From: Edaphobacter aggregans
Lineage (GTDB): Bacteria > Acidobacteriota > Terriglobia > Terriglobales > Acidobacteriaceae
DNA length: 32,000 bases
NCBI RefSeq assembly: GCF_003945235.1
Contig: NZ_RSDW01000001.1
Coordinates: 900,001-932,000 of the forward strand
Direction of reading: 5' to 3'
Shown: positions 8,487-16,163 of the stretch, piece by piece
How positions within the stretch are numbered: the stretch's first letter is position 1
How the letters are laid out: each line of letters starts with the position of its first letter
Program-made: the position numbers and the translations under genes
The notes under the pieces: generated by a model
Database searches by the model: none
Seen by the model: only the letters and a program-made list of their open reading frames with translations
Told to the model about the DNA's origin: nothing

Positions 8487-8528
8487 GGTGCCCCATCTTC
8501 GCGACAGTCTCATCATCGCGAAGGTGGG
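8487..8528. repeat. REP-like hairpin: CCCATCTTCGCGA-(11 nt)-TCGCGAAGGTGGG
   Basis: A 13-bp stem with one G-T pair spans 8492-8504 and 8516-8528. The 5' flank GGGTGCCCCA is identical to the flank of the hairpin at 1866-1900. It lies in the punA-udk spacer. Confidence 0.55.
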
Positions 8529-8530
8529 CA

Positions 8531-8557
8531 ATCGTGCGAAAGCGCGATACGCTTTTT
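8531..8557 (+). terminator. Rho-independent terminator candidate after punA
   Basis: ATCGTGC-GAAA-GCGCGAT forms a 7-bp stem with one G-T pair and a GAAA tetraloop (8531-8548). It is followed by ACGCTTTTTG. Confidence 0.55.
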
Positions 8558-8596
8558 GCCTAAACTCATAGATACCGCCAAAGAAAGGAGCAGATC

Positions 8597-9253
8597 ATGC
8601 CAGACCAACACGCCCAGCAACTTCTGCTCCCGCAACGCCCACTCATTCTCGGCATAGCAGGCTGCTCCGGCTCCGGCAAAACCACCCTGGCCCGCGAACT
8701 CACCACCCAATTCAACGCGACCCTACTCCCCCTCGACTTCTACTACACCTGCCTCAGCCATCTGCCTCCAGCCGAGCGAGCCCTCCAAAACTTCGACCAC
8801 CCCGACTCCCTCGAGCACACCCTCCTCGTCGAACACATCAACACCTTAGCCAACAATCAACCCATCGAACGCCCCATCTACGACTTCGCCACCCACACCC
8901 GCATCCCTAACCGCACCGAAACCATCCACCCCGCCCCCGTCCTCATCGTCGAAGGCATCCTCGCCCTCCACTACGAACGCCTACGCCCCCTCTACGACTT
9001 CAGCATCTACGTCAACGCCCCCAACAAAATCTGCCTCAACCGCCGCATCTATCGCGACATGCGCGAACGCGGCCGCACGGAAGAGAGCGTACGAGCCCAG
9101 TTTGAAGCCACCGCCAAGCCGATGGCCGACCTCTACGTCCTGCCCTCCGCCGCCCACGCCTCCATCATCGTAGAAGGCACAGACGCCCTCGACTGGTCCG
9201 TCGAGCAAATCCTAAAACGCCTCCACCAACTCAACCTCACCCGCAACCTCTGA
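8597..9253 (+). CDS. udk: uridine kinase
   Basis: The P-loop is GIAGCSGSGKTTLA, and the protein also contains ...NFDHPDSLE...PIYDF..H.R...VLIVEGILAL...DFSIYV. AAGGAG lies 6 nt upstream of the ATG. Confidence 0.9.
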   Translation: MPDQHAQQLLLPQRPLILGIAGCSGSGKTTLARELTTQFNATLLPLDFYYTCLSHLPPAERALQNFDHPDSLEHTLLVEHINTLANNQPIERPIYDFATHTRIPNRTETIHPAPVLIVEGILALHYERLRPLYDFSIYVNAPNKICLNRRIYRDMRERGRTEESVRAQFEATAKPMADLYVLPSAAHASIIVEGTDALDWSVEQILKRLHQLNLTRNL

Positions 9254-9982
9254 TCCCGCATACAACTCCCCGACAGCCTCCCGCGCCCTCTCCGACAAAA
9301 CAAACCGATCCCGCCGCGCTGCCACCTCGCCACCAAAACAAATCTCAGCCCGAACGTCTCGCAGCCCAAGAAGCCGCCAAAGATGCGGCGCAAGCAAAGC
9401 ATCGCCCCACCAGCAAACATCCTCCTCCACCGAACCACTCGCATCTTCCAGCGAATACCGCAAAGCCGCCACACGCAGTGGAACCCCTTCATTCAGCACC
9501 GAGTGAAACAACCCTCGCCGAAACGGCAGCACCTCTGCCCCATCCGTCGTAGTCCCCTCCGGAAAGAACAGCACCGGCAAACCACTCCGATAAGCCTCCG
9601 CCATCGCCGCATTCACCGCCGGATAAGTCGACGGCCCACCTCCTCGAGTCACATACACCGTCCCCGCCCGCGAAGTCAGCCACCCAAACAGAGGCCACCC
9701 ACGCACCTCCGACTTAGCCACCATCACAAACGGCCTCACAGCCGAGTACAGCAGCACATCCAGATAACTCAGATGGTTTGACACCACCGCCCCACAAGTC
9801 GGCAGCTCCCCCACAACACGCCACTCCACACCGACCACCTTGACAATCCGCCTGCACCATCCATGAATCCAGACAGCCCCCTCCGCCCCCACCCGAGGCC
9901 GCCGCACCCACCAGTCCACAACCGCAGCCAGGAGCAGCGCCACAACGCGAATTATCTTGAAAAGCGACCGCACCACCCTCAC
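9212..9982 (-). CDS. PlsC-family lysolipid O-acyltransferase (OlsA-like)
   Basis: The HX4D motif is NHLSYLD, and it also has FFPEGTTTDG and VYVTRGG. Its GTG start at 9982 sits immediately after the TGA (9983-9985) of the upstream GNAT gene. Its 3' end overlaps the udk 3' end by 42 nt. Confidence 0.8.
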   Translation of the reverse strand: MRVVRSLFKIIRVVALLLAAVVDWWVRRPRVGAEGAVWIHGWCRRIVKVVGVEWRVVGELPTCGAVVSNHLSYLDVLLYSAVRPFVMVAKSEVRGWPLFGWLTSRAGTVYVTRGGGPSTYPAVNAAMAEAYRSGLPVLFFPEGTTTDGAEVLPFRRGLFHSVLNEGVPLRVAALRYSLEDASGSVEEDVCWWGDALLAPHLWRLLGLRDVRAEICFGGEVAARRDRFVLSERAREAVGELYAGSEVAGEVELVEAF

Positions 9983-10795
9983 TCAGCAGCCCTCAAGAAA
10001 TCTCGCAGCCACCCGCGGATGAAGCATCTGCAAATCCAGCAACGTTAGAAAATCAATAGTCTTGAAATCCCGATCAATCGCCGGCTCGCTGCATATCTTA
10101 GCCCCAATCGTCAGGTAAGCCCGCAGCAACTTCGGAGCCCGTTCTTCCGGCAATTTCACCGTGGATGAAGGCAAAGCAAACGCAGGCGTAGCCACTGTCC
10201 GAAGTTCCGGCTCAACCATGCAGTTCTTCAGCGACTCATACACCGCATGACCCATCGCCGGATCCTGCGACGTCAGTGAGCAGCATCCCATCATGTACCG
10301 TCCTCCACTTACCAGCGCATACCGCGCAATCCCACGCCACAGCAGATGCAACACCTCCGGCGAACGATGCTCCCGATGAATGCAAGCCCTCCCCAACTCC
10401 ACAACCTGGCCCGCATCGCCTCATAAGGAGCAAAGCAGAACTCCTGCTCACTGTAGTAGCCAAAGTATTGACCCAGCTACATCACCCATCTGCAGCCGGT
10501 ACGTCCCCACAATCTCGCCCGTCGCACGTTCTTCAACAATCAAGTGATCGCATACATCATCGAAGTGATCTTTGTCATACCCATCCACATAGGCCGACTC
10601 CAACCCCTCATTCATCTCTAGGTTGAACACCAGAAACCGCAATCGATACGCAGCCGCCCGTTCCTGTTCCGATAACGCCAGACGCGCAACGTACGCCCCC
10701 GCTTCCAACCTGATATCTCGCTTCGATGGCAGTTGAGGCGCTAATGCTCGATTAGGCAGAAGTACAGCGGGCGATGACGCAGTTGCTGTAGGCAT
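9983..10795 (-). pseudogene. OlsB-like GNAT N-acyltransferase (Acetyltransf_5 type), reading frame interrupted
   Basis: The N-terminal ORF 10448..10795 reads ...AYRLRFLVFNLEMNEGL...DHFDDVCDHLIVEE...VGTYRLQ. The C-terminal ORF 9983..10402 reads ELGRACIHREHRS...LLWRGIARYA...GCCS. Both are in the same frame but are separated by two in-frame TGA codons at 10448-50 and 10421-23. The conserved GYYSEQEF segment reads only in the +1 frame across 10402-10473. Confidence 0.7.
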
Positions 10796-10930
10796 CGACT
10801 CTCCTTGCTACGTCCAGGAATGTTTGCGTTTCGATGCCAGTCTGCGTTGTCTTTTGTTACAGCATGTTCACAGCACATGAACATTTGTTGAATCAAAAAC
10901 GGTGCAACTCTTGAGTCCTCCAAACGGACT

Positions 10931-11704
10931 CTACGTCGCGAGAACCCTTTGTTCCCGAACATCACCCAACGCCGCGACAGCAGCTCGAGCCTCAATCGCG
11001 GCCTGCTTCCTGTGCAGCTCATCTGTCGAAAACGCAATCGGCCGGTCTGCAAACCGCACCTCTGCCCTCAGTCCTCGCAATCCAAGAAGTTTGAAGATAT
11101 GCGGCAGCATCTTCGAGTCATCCCACCAGCAAACATCGTCCGCCACATTGACATCCACCTCGTTCTCTTCCGTCAGCGAGTATTGGATATGTGCTGCCGT
11201 AATCGACCCGCTTCCCATCGCCTGTGCCAGCAACCCGCTGTGAAACTTCAGCAAGCCGCTTCCATTGCTTGTTGTGCCTTCAGGAAAAAACACCACCGGC
11301 AGTCCCGCATCCACCGCTGCCTGCATCCCTTTACGTGCCTTCAGCGCAGATCCGCCACGTCCACGCGCAACATAAACTGTTCCCGCCATCGTAGTCATCC
11401 ATCCCAATACCGGGACCGATGCAATCTCTGCCTTCGATACGAAAACACACGGATGCACCGCCGAGAACACCACGATATCGACATAGCTCAGATGATTCGA
11501 GATTACCGCTCCACGTTCGGGAAAGCTACCCACCACGGCAACCTCAATTTTCAGTCCCTTCAACGCTGCAGCGCAAAATCGATGCAGCCAGTCCGCCCTG
11601 GCCTCCCGCGTCGTCGGCCGCTTCACCAGCAGCTCAGTCCCATATCGAACAAAGTACCCAGCTAACTGAACACCTCGCGTCAAAGACCTGAAAAAACTCG
11701 CCAC
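10931..11704 (-). CDS. PlsC-family acyltransferase, paralogue of 9212..9982
   Basis: It has NHLSYVD, FFPEGTTSNG and VYVARGRGG motifs. It uses a GTG start and has the same domain order and length (257 aa) as the other PlsC-like gene. Confidence 0.8.
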   Translation of the reverse strand: MASFFRSLTRGVQLAGYFVRYGTELLVKRPTTREARADWLHRFCAAALKGLKIEVAVVGSFPERGAVISNHLSYVDIVVFSAVHPCVFVSKAEIASVPVLGWMTTMAGTVYVARGRGGSALKARKGMQAAVDAGLPVVFFPEGTTSNGSGLLKFHSGLLAQAMGSGSITAAHIQYSLTEENEVDVNVADDVCWWDDSKMLPHIFKLLGLRGLRAEVRFADRPIAFSTDELHRKQAAIEARAAVAALGDVREQRVLAT

Positions 11705-11774
11705 GTTACTCTTCGCCTTTCAATCAAGCCCCACGATCCAACAAATCCTTTTCCGGCAGTCTATCCTGTCAACA

Positions 11775-12323
11775 GTGAATCCGAACGAATCCATTCTCGC
11801 CAGTATCGAACCAGCTTCAACACCAGTCCATCACAACTGGATCTACCGCCGCGTCGCCCTTCCCATCTTGGCGCTTCTCCGCATGGGAGCAACTCCTGAA
11901 AAGCTCGCCTGGAGCGTCGCCGTCGGCCTCCTCATCGGTGTCAATCCCATCCTCGGCAGCACCACACTCCTCTGCCTCGCGGTAGCCCTTATCTTCCGCC
12001 TCAATGTTGCAGCATCGCAGATAGGCAACCACATCGTCTATCCGCTCGAACTCCTGCTCGTCATCCCGTTCATGCGCCTTGGCAGCTTCGTCTTCCATAC
12101 CGAGCCAATACCGCTCTCTCCCAAATCTCTTCTCGAATCGGCCCGCTCAAACCCCATCGCTCTCACGCGGCAACTCTGGCATTGGGAGTGGCACGCCTTC
12201 ATCGTCTGGGCCTGCATTGCCACCATCGCAATACCGCTCATAGCCTTCGCCCTTACCCCTCTATTCCGCAAACTGCTCCTCCGCATCGAGCACAACCAAT
12301 ACCCCATCATCTCTGGCACTTAA
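11775..12323 (+). CDS. DUF2062-family membrane protein
   Basis: The sequence ...RMGATPEKLAWSVAVGLLIGVNPILGSTTLLCLAVALIFRLNVAASQIGNHIVYP... matches the DUF2062 pattern as I recall it. It has a GTG start and is divergent from the acyltransferase cluster. Confidence 0.65.
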   Translation: MNPNESILASIEPASTPVHHNWIYRRVALPILALLRMGATPEKLAWSVAVGLLIGVNPILGSTTLLCLAVALIFRLNVAASQIGNHIVYPLELLLVIPFMRLGSFVFHTEPIPLSPKSLLESARSNPIALTRQLWHWEWHAFIVWACIATIAIPLIAFALTPLFRKLLLRIEHNQYPIISGT

Positions 12324-12362
12324 AAAGAAACGGCGAGACCGAAGCCTCGCCGGATTTCTTTC
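12324..12362. terminator. bidirectional terminator candidate between convergent genes
   Basis: The hairpin is CGGCGAG-(8 nt)-CTCGCCG (12331-12352), flanked by AAAAAGAAA on the 5' side and GATTTCTTTC on the 3' side. It lies between the DUF2062 stop at 12323 and the nuclease stop at 12378. Confidence 0.6.
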
Positions 12363-12377
12363 ACGAAAATCCTCTCG

Positions 12378-13313
12378 CTAGTTCCCGTGGAACTCCTGCA
12401 CTGGATCGCCACTCCTCACCCATGCTGTGTAGATCATGTCGCGCAGTTGAATCGCACCTGCCGCCAGCCGTTCTTCGGTAAACGCCTTACCCTCCGGCGT
12501 CCCAGCATCGGTGAAACCGCCAGCCTTCTCGATCTGGTAAGTCTTCTCCACTAGCGTTCCCGTTTGCCGCAGATAGGCCATATAGTCGCTCCACTCATCC
12601 GTCAACACCTTCGGCTGAGCAGCCGCGACCAACGGAGCCACATCTGCAGGCTTAATATTCGCGCTCACAAAGCTCGACTCGAACAGCGAATGAATCTTGT
12701 GCTCCGTCGTATACGCATTCGGATTCGGCCCGGTCCATCCGTTGTACTGCATCGTGACATGGAGTGGCTGCGATCCATCGGCCACATAATGCCCTAGCCA
12801 TGCGGCGTAATACAGAATCGCCGTCTCAGCCGGTTTCGTGTCTTCACCAGCAGCCAGCAGCCTGCGATACTCCCGCATCCCCACCTTCAGCCGCTCGAAC
12901 ACCTCTTCAGTCACATACGGCTGAAGCCCCACCTTCTCCGGAGTCAACTGCAACTCTGGATGCGCCGCCTGTGCCTTCTCCAACGCTCGAATATAGTCAT
13001 ATCGCTTTTTCGGCAGCGGCCCTATCAGATCCGCCCACTCCAGATCGATAAAGTGCTCCGGAGCTTGCGCCGCATTAAGCTCGTCCTCGGCCCTGTTCCG
13101 CCACCGATCCGGTTCCGGCCCCAGATACTCCATCGTATCCAGCGCATTTCCGTTGCGCAGAAAAGCAGGCACATCCTTCGGCAGATTCGCTGCCGCCAGC
13201 CGATTAATCATCTTGTGCCCATCACTACCCCAGGCAAGCGAGGGCTGCACCATCATCACAGGCACCAACGCAGCAGCCACTACAAAGCGAACCGCACTAC
13301 CAAATTTCGTCAT
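12378..13313 (-). CDS. secreted S1/P1-type zinc nuclease family protein
   Basis: I chose the ATG at 13313, which gives MTKFGSAVRFVVAAALVPVMMVQPSLA-WGSDGHKMI.... The mature N-terminal WG..GH and the HYVADGSQPLH motif fit the S1/P1 nuclease family. The 5' extension in the ORF track (to 13439) overlaps pncB and looks spurious. Confidence 0.7.
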   Translation of the reverse strand: MTKFGSAVRFVVAAALVPVMMVQPSLAWGSDGHKMINRLAAANLPKDVPAFLRNGNALDTMEYLGPEPDRWRNRAEDELNAAQAPEHFIDLEWADLIGPLPKKRYDYIRALEKAQAAHPELQLTPEKVGLQPYVTEEVFERLKVGMREYRRLLAAGEDTKPAETAILYYAAWLGHYVADGSQPLHVTMQYNGWTGPNPNAYTTEHKIHSLFESSFVSANIKPADVAPLVAAAQPKVLTDEWSDYMAYLRQTGTLVEKTYQIEKAGGFTDAGTPEGKAFTEERLAAGAIQLRDMIYTAWVRSGDPVQEFHGN

Positions 13314-13344
13314 AACTGCAGTATATCCGGGCGAATCAGGCACA

Positions 13345-14649
13345 TCACACCAGCACCGCCGCCCCCTCCACGGCCACGCTGCCGAACACCCGGCGATATC
13401 GCTCAATCTCCTCCACAGGTCCCGTCGCCTTCCGCACATTGTCCGAGAGCTTCACCGCCGGCCGCCCCTCAACCGTCATCAGCTTGCACACCAGGCTGAT
13501 CGGATCGAGATCGCCCTCACCCCGAGGATGGCAGCCGCGAAAATCATTCGTCAGCAGCGTTCCCCATCCGGCACTGAAGCGAATCCGGCCAGAAAAGTAC
13601 TCATGCAACTGCAGAATGTCATCGACATCCAGACCATCCGAGGCAATCAGCCGTTTCCTGCGAGGATCCCTCCCGCGCCCCTTCAGCCACGCAATGTACT
13701 CATCACCAGCAACAAAAGGATCCTTCGAATCACACCGCTGCCCCGTCCAATCCGCCACCCAATCCGGAGCAGCCGCAAGAAACTGCGTCGTCCCAAACGT
13801 ATCCGGCAGCATAATCAACAACTCGCCGCCATAGCTCTTCTGCCAAAGCTCCAGCACGCGATACTGCGAAGCATTCAGCTCCTCATCAGCAGCAGCAAGC
13901 GCAGCGAGAGCCATCGGCAACTCATGAGCATTAGTCCCCATCGCCTCCAGGTCGTGCTTATACGCAAGAAAAGTATTCGACGTCCCCGACAAACTCGTCC
14001 CCAACGCCGCCCGCATAGCCTCGACAACATACTCCTGCCACAAAAAACTATGCCGTCGTCGCGTCCCAAACTCCGAGATGCTCACCCCGGGCACTCTGCG
14101 CAGTATTTCAATCTTGTCCCAAAGTTTCGTCTTGGCCCGCGCATACAAAACATCCAATTCCAACTCACTCAGCCGCCCCAGTGCCGCTCGAGTCTTCATC
14201 TCACTCACCAGCGCAAGCCCATAGACCTCCCACATCGTCACCTCGGTCCACAGCCCCTCGAACCGCAGTACCAACTGCCCGTCCTTCTCCGTCACCTCAT
14301 ATTCGGAGAGCCGAAAGTCATGCTCCAGCCAATCCAGAAACCCAGGCTCGAAGATGCTCCGTGTCCCATAGAACGTATTACCTGCCAGCCAGATCAGTTC
14401 ACTCTTGCGAAACCGAAGCCCCCGCACATGTTCCATCTGCTCAATCAGCGCTGAAATCGGAACATGCTCAGCCAGCCGCACAGACACTGTCCGGTTCGTC
14501 GTCTCCGAGCTAACATGCACCTGCGGAAAGTTCTTCCAGATAAACTGCAGCATCAGCAGCTTGTAGAAGTCCGTATCCAAAAGCGACCGCACAATCGGGT
14601 CCAGCTTCCAGTTATGGTTATGCGCCCGTTCTGCAAAGTTCACATTCAT
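13345..14649 (-). CDS. pncB: nicotinate phosphoribosyltransferase
   Basis: The 434-aa protein begins ...LLDTDFYKLLMLQ..., followed by ...FGTRRRHS... and ...GTSNTFLA.... These are typical NAPRTase motifs. Confidence 0.9.
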   Translation of the reverse strand: MNVNFAERAHNHNWKLDPIVRSLLDTDFYKLLMLQFIWKNFPQVHVSSETTNRTVSVRLAEHVPISALIEQMEHVRGLRFRKSELIWLAGNTFYGTRSIFEPGFLDWLEHDFRLSEYEVTEKDGQLVLRFEGLWTEVTMWEVYGLALVSEMKTRAALGRLSELELDVLYARAKTKLWDKIEILRRVPGVSISEFGTRRRHSFLWQEYVVEAMRAALGTSLSGTSNTFLAYKHDLEAMGTNAHELPMALAALAAADEELNASQYRVLELWQKSYGGELLIMLPDTFGTTQFLAAAPDWVADWTGQRCDSKDPFVAGDEYIAWLKGRGRDPRRKRLIASDGLDVDDILQLHEYFSGRIRFSAGWGTLLTNDFRGCHPRGEGDLDPISLVCKLMTVEGRPAVKLSDNVRKATGPVEEIERYRRVFGSVAVEGAAVLV

Positions 14650-14755
14650 AGCAACAGTTTCGCCCCGGCAATCCGATCAAAGCAACTACTTCAGGTCAGA
14701 CCGACGCAAATCGAGTCCGCCGCAATCCTCTGTACATCGAATCATCAGACAAGTC

Positions 14756-16072
14756 ATGATGGGATCACGCGACGCAACCTTACCAGGAGATCGCTTGAAA
14801 CCTGAATCCTTAAAATCAGAATCCGAAATTATCCAGCCGGCCCCGGACCCACGCTTCGCCCTGGAGACGCTCCAAGAGCGCGGCTGTCCCGAGTGTCCCT
14901 ACCTGCGCCTCTTCAAGTCCACCGTCTATGTCCATGACCACGAAGAAAGCCTCCGCTTTTACGTCGAGCAGCTAGGTTTCAGCATCGTCGCCGACGTCGC
15001 CTACACAGCCGACGGCCGTTGGGTCGCCATCGCCCCTCCCGACGGCGCTGCTCTCCTCGCGCTCGTCGCACCACGCCCCGGCACCGAGAAAGCCAGACTT
15101 GTAGGTCGCGCAACCCAGATCGGCTTCATCTCCGAAGACATCAACAGCACCTACGATCTCTGGCGGGCCCGCGGGGTCCACTTTCAACATCCACCCCAGC
15201 AGACCATATTCGGAGTCACCGTAGCCATCTTCCAGGACATCGACGGCAATACCTTTGAGCTCATCGGCTCCGATCAGTTCACCCGCGAGATCGAGCAGCA
15301 GCGCCAAATTGCCTCTGACCGTATCGAGTCCGAACGCCGCACCGCGCAGGAGTTGGAAATCGCCAAGCAGGTCCAGGCACGTCTATTCCCTCAGTGCCAG
15401 CCCTCGCTCAATACCCTCGACTACGCCGGCCTCTGCATCCAGGCTCGTCACGTCGGCGGCGATTACTACGACTTCCTCGCACTGGGCAATGAGCGTCTCG
15501 GCCTCGTCATCGGCGACATCGCCGGCAAAGGCATCGCCGCCGCGCTGCTCATGGCGAACCTCCAGGCCAACCTGCGCAGTCAATTCACCCTCGCCCGCGA
15601 GCAGCCCCAGCTCTTCCTGCGGTCCGTAAACCGCCTCTTCTACGAGAACACCACCGACTCCGCCTACGCCACAGTCTTCTTCGCAGACTACGACGACGCA
15701 GCACAGCGTCTGCGATACGCAAATTGCGGGCATCTTTCGGCAATTCTGCTGCGGCGCAACGGCACAGTCGAACTACTCCATTCGACCGGTACAGTCCTCG
15801 GACTCTTCGAAGAATGGGACTCACCCATCGTCGAATGCCAGCTCGCAGCAGGCGACACGCTAGCTCTTTACACCGATGGAGTAACCGAATCTTTCAACGA
15901 AACCGGAGAAGAGTTCGGCGAAGAACGACTCATCGACACCCTGAGGCAAAGCGCAGATCTGCCTGCCCAGCAACTCCTCACCTCCGTCGTCGAACAGATA
16001 CAGAGCTTTACCGCAACCGAGCAGCACGACGACATCACCCTCATCATTGCAAAATGCATAAGCTCAGTCTGA
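14756..16072 (+). CDS. VOC (glyoxalase/bleomycin-resistance fold) domain fused to a PP2C/SpoIIE-type serine phosphatase
   Basis: The N-terminal part STVYVHDHEESLRFYVEQLGF...IFQDIDGNTFELI is VOC-like. The C-terminal part ELEIAKQVQARLFP...GGDYYDF...VIGDIAGKGIAAALLMA...LYTDGVTE...DDITLI is RsbU/SpoIIE-like. The start codon is uncertain. Confidence 0.8.
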   Translation: MMGSRDATLPGDRLKPESLKSESEIIQPAPDPRFALETLQERGCPECPYLRLFKSTVYVHDHEESLRFYVEQLGFSIVADVAYTADGRWVAIAPPDGAALLALVAPRPGTEKARLVGRATQIGFISEDINSTYDLWRARGVHFQHPPQQTIFGVTVAIFQDIDGNTFELIGSDQFTREIEQQRQIASDRIESERRTAQELEIAKQVQARLFPQCQPSLNTLDYAGLCIQARHVGGDYYDFLALGNERLGLVIGDIAGKGIAAALLMANLQANLRSQFTLAREQPQLFLRSVNRLFYENTTDSAYATVFFADYDDAAQRLRYANCGHLSAILLRRNGTVELLHSTGTVLGLFEEWDSPIVECQLAAGDTLALYTDGVTESFNETGEEFGEERLIDTLRQSADLPAQQLLTSVVEQIQSFTATEQHDDITLIIAKCISSV

Positions 16073-16163
16073 AAAGTAACCCCGCGCCTACCTGAAATTC
16101 TTTAGCAAAATTAACGAAAACCCAAGCCAGACCTGCTATTGCGCTTGATATCCTATAGAGGCT

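Noticed and set aside
13314-13439. N-terminal extensions offered by the ORF track. They are the nuclease ORF extended to 13439, DUF3303 to 30057, the 1041 gene to 1685, the 448 gene to 951, and the collagen-like gene to 25177.
   Set aside because: The extensions are Cys/Arg/Trp-rich, lack an SD, and in two cases overlap the neighbouring gene. Internal ATG codons with AAGGAG/GGAG-type SDs give clean signal peptides or the family-typical N-terminus.
13153-14454. A 433-aa ORF on the + strand opposite pncB and the nuclease gene.
   Set aside because: It is an Arg/Pro-rich antisense artefact. pncB on the - strand is unambiguous.
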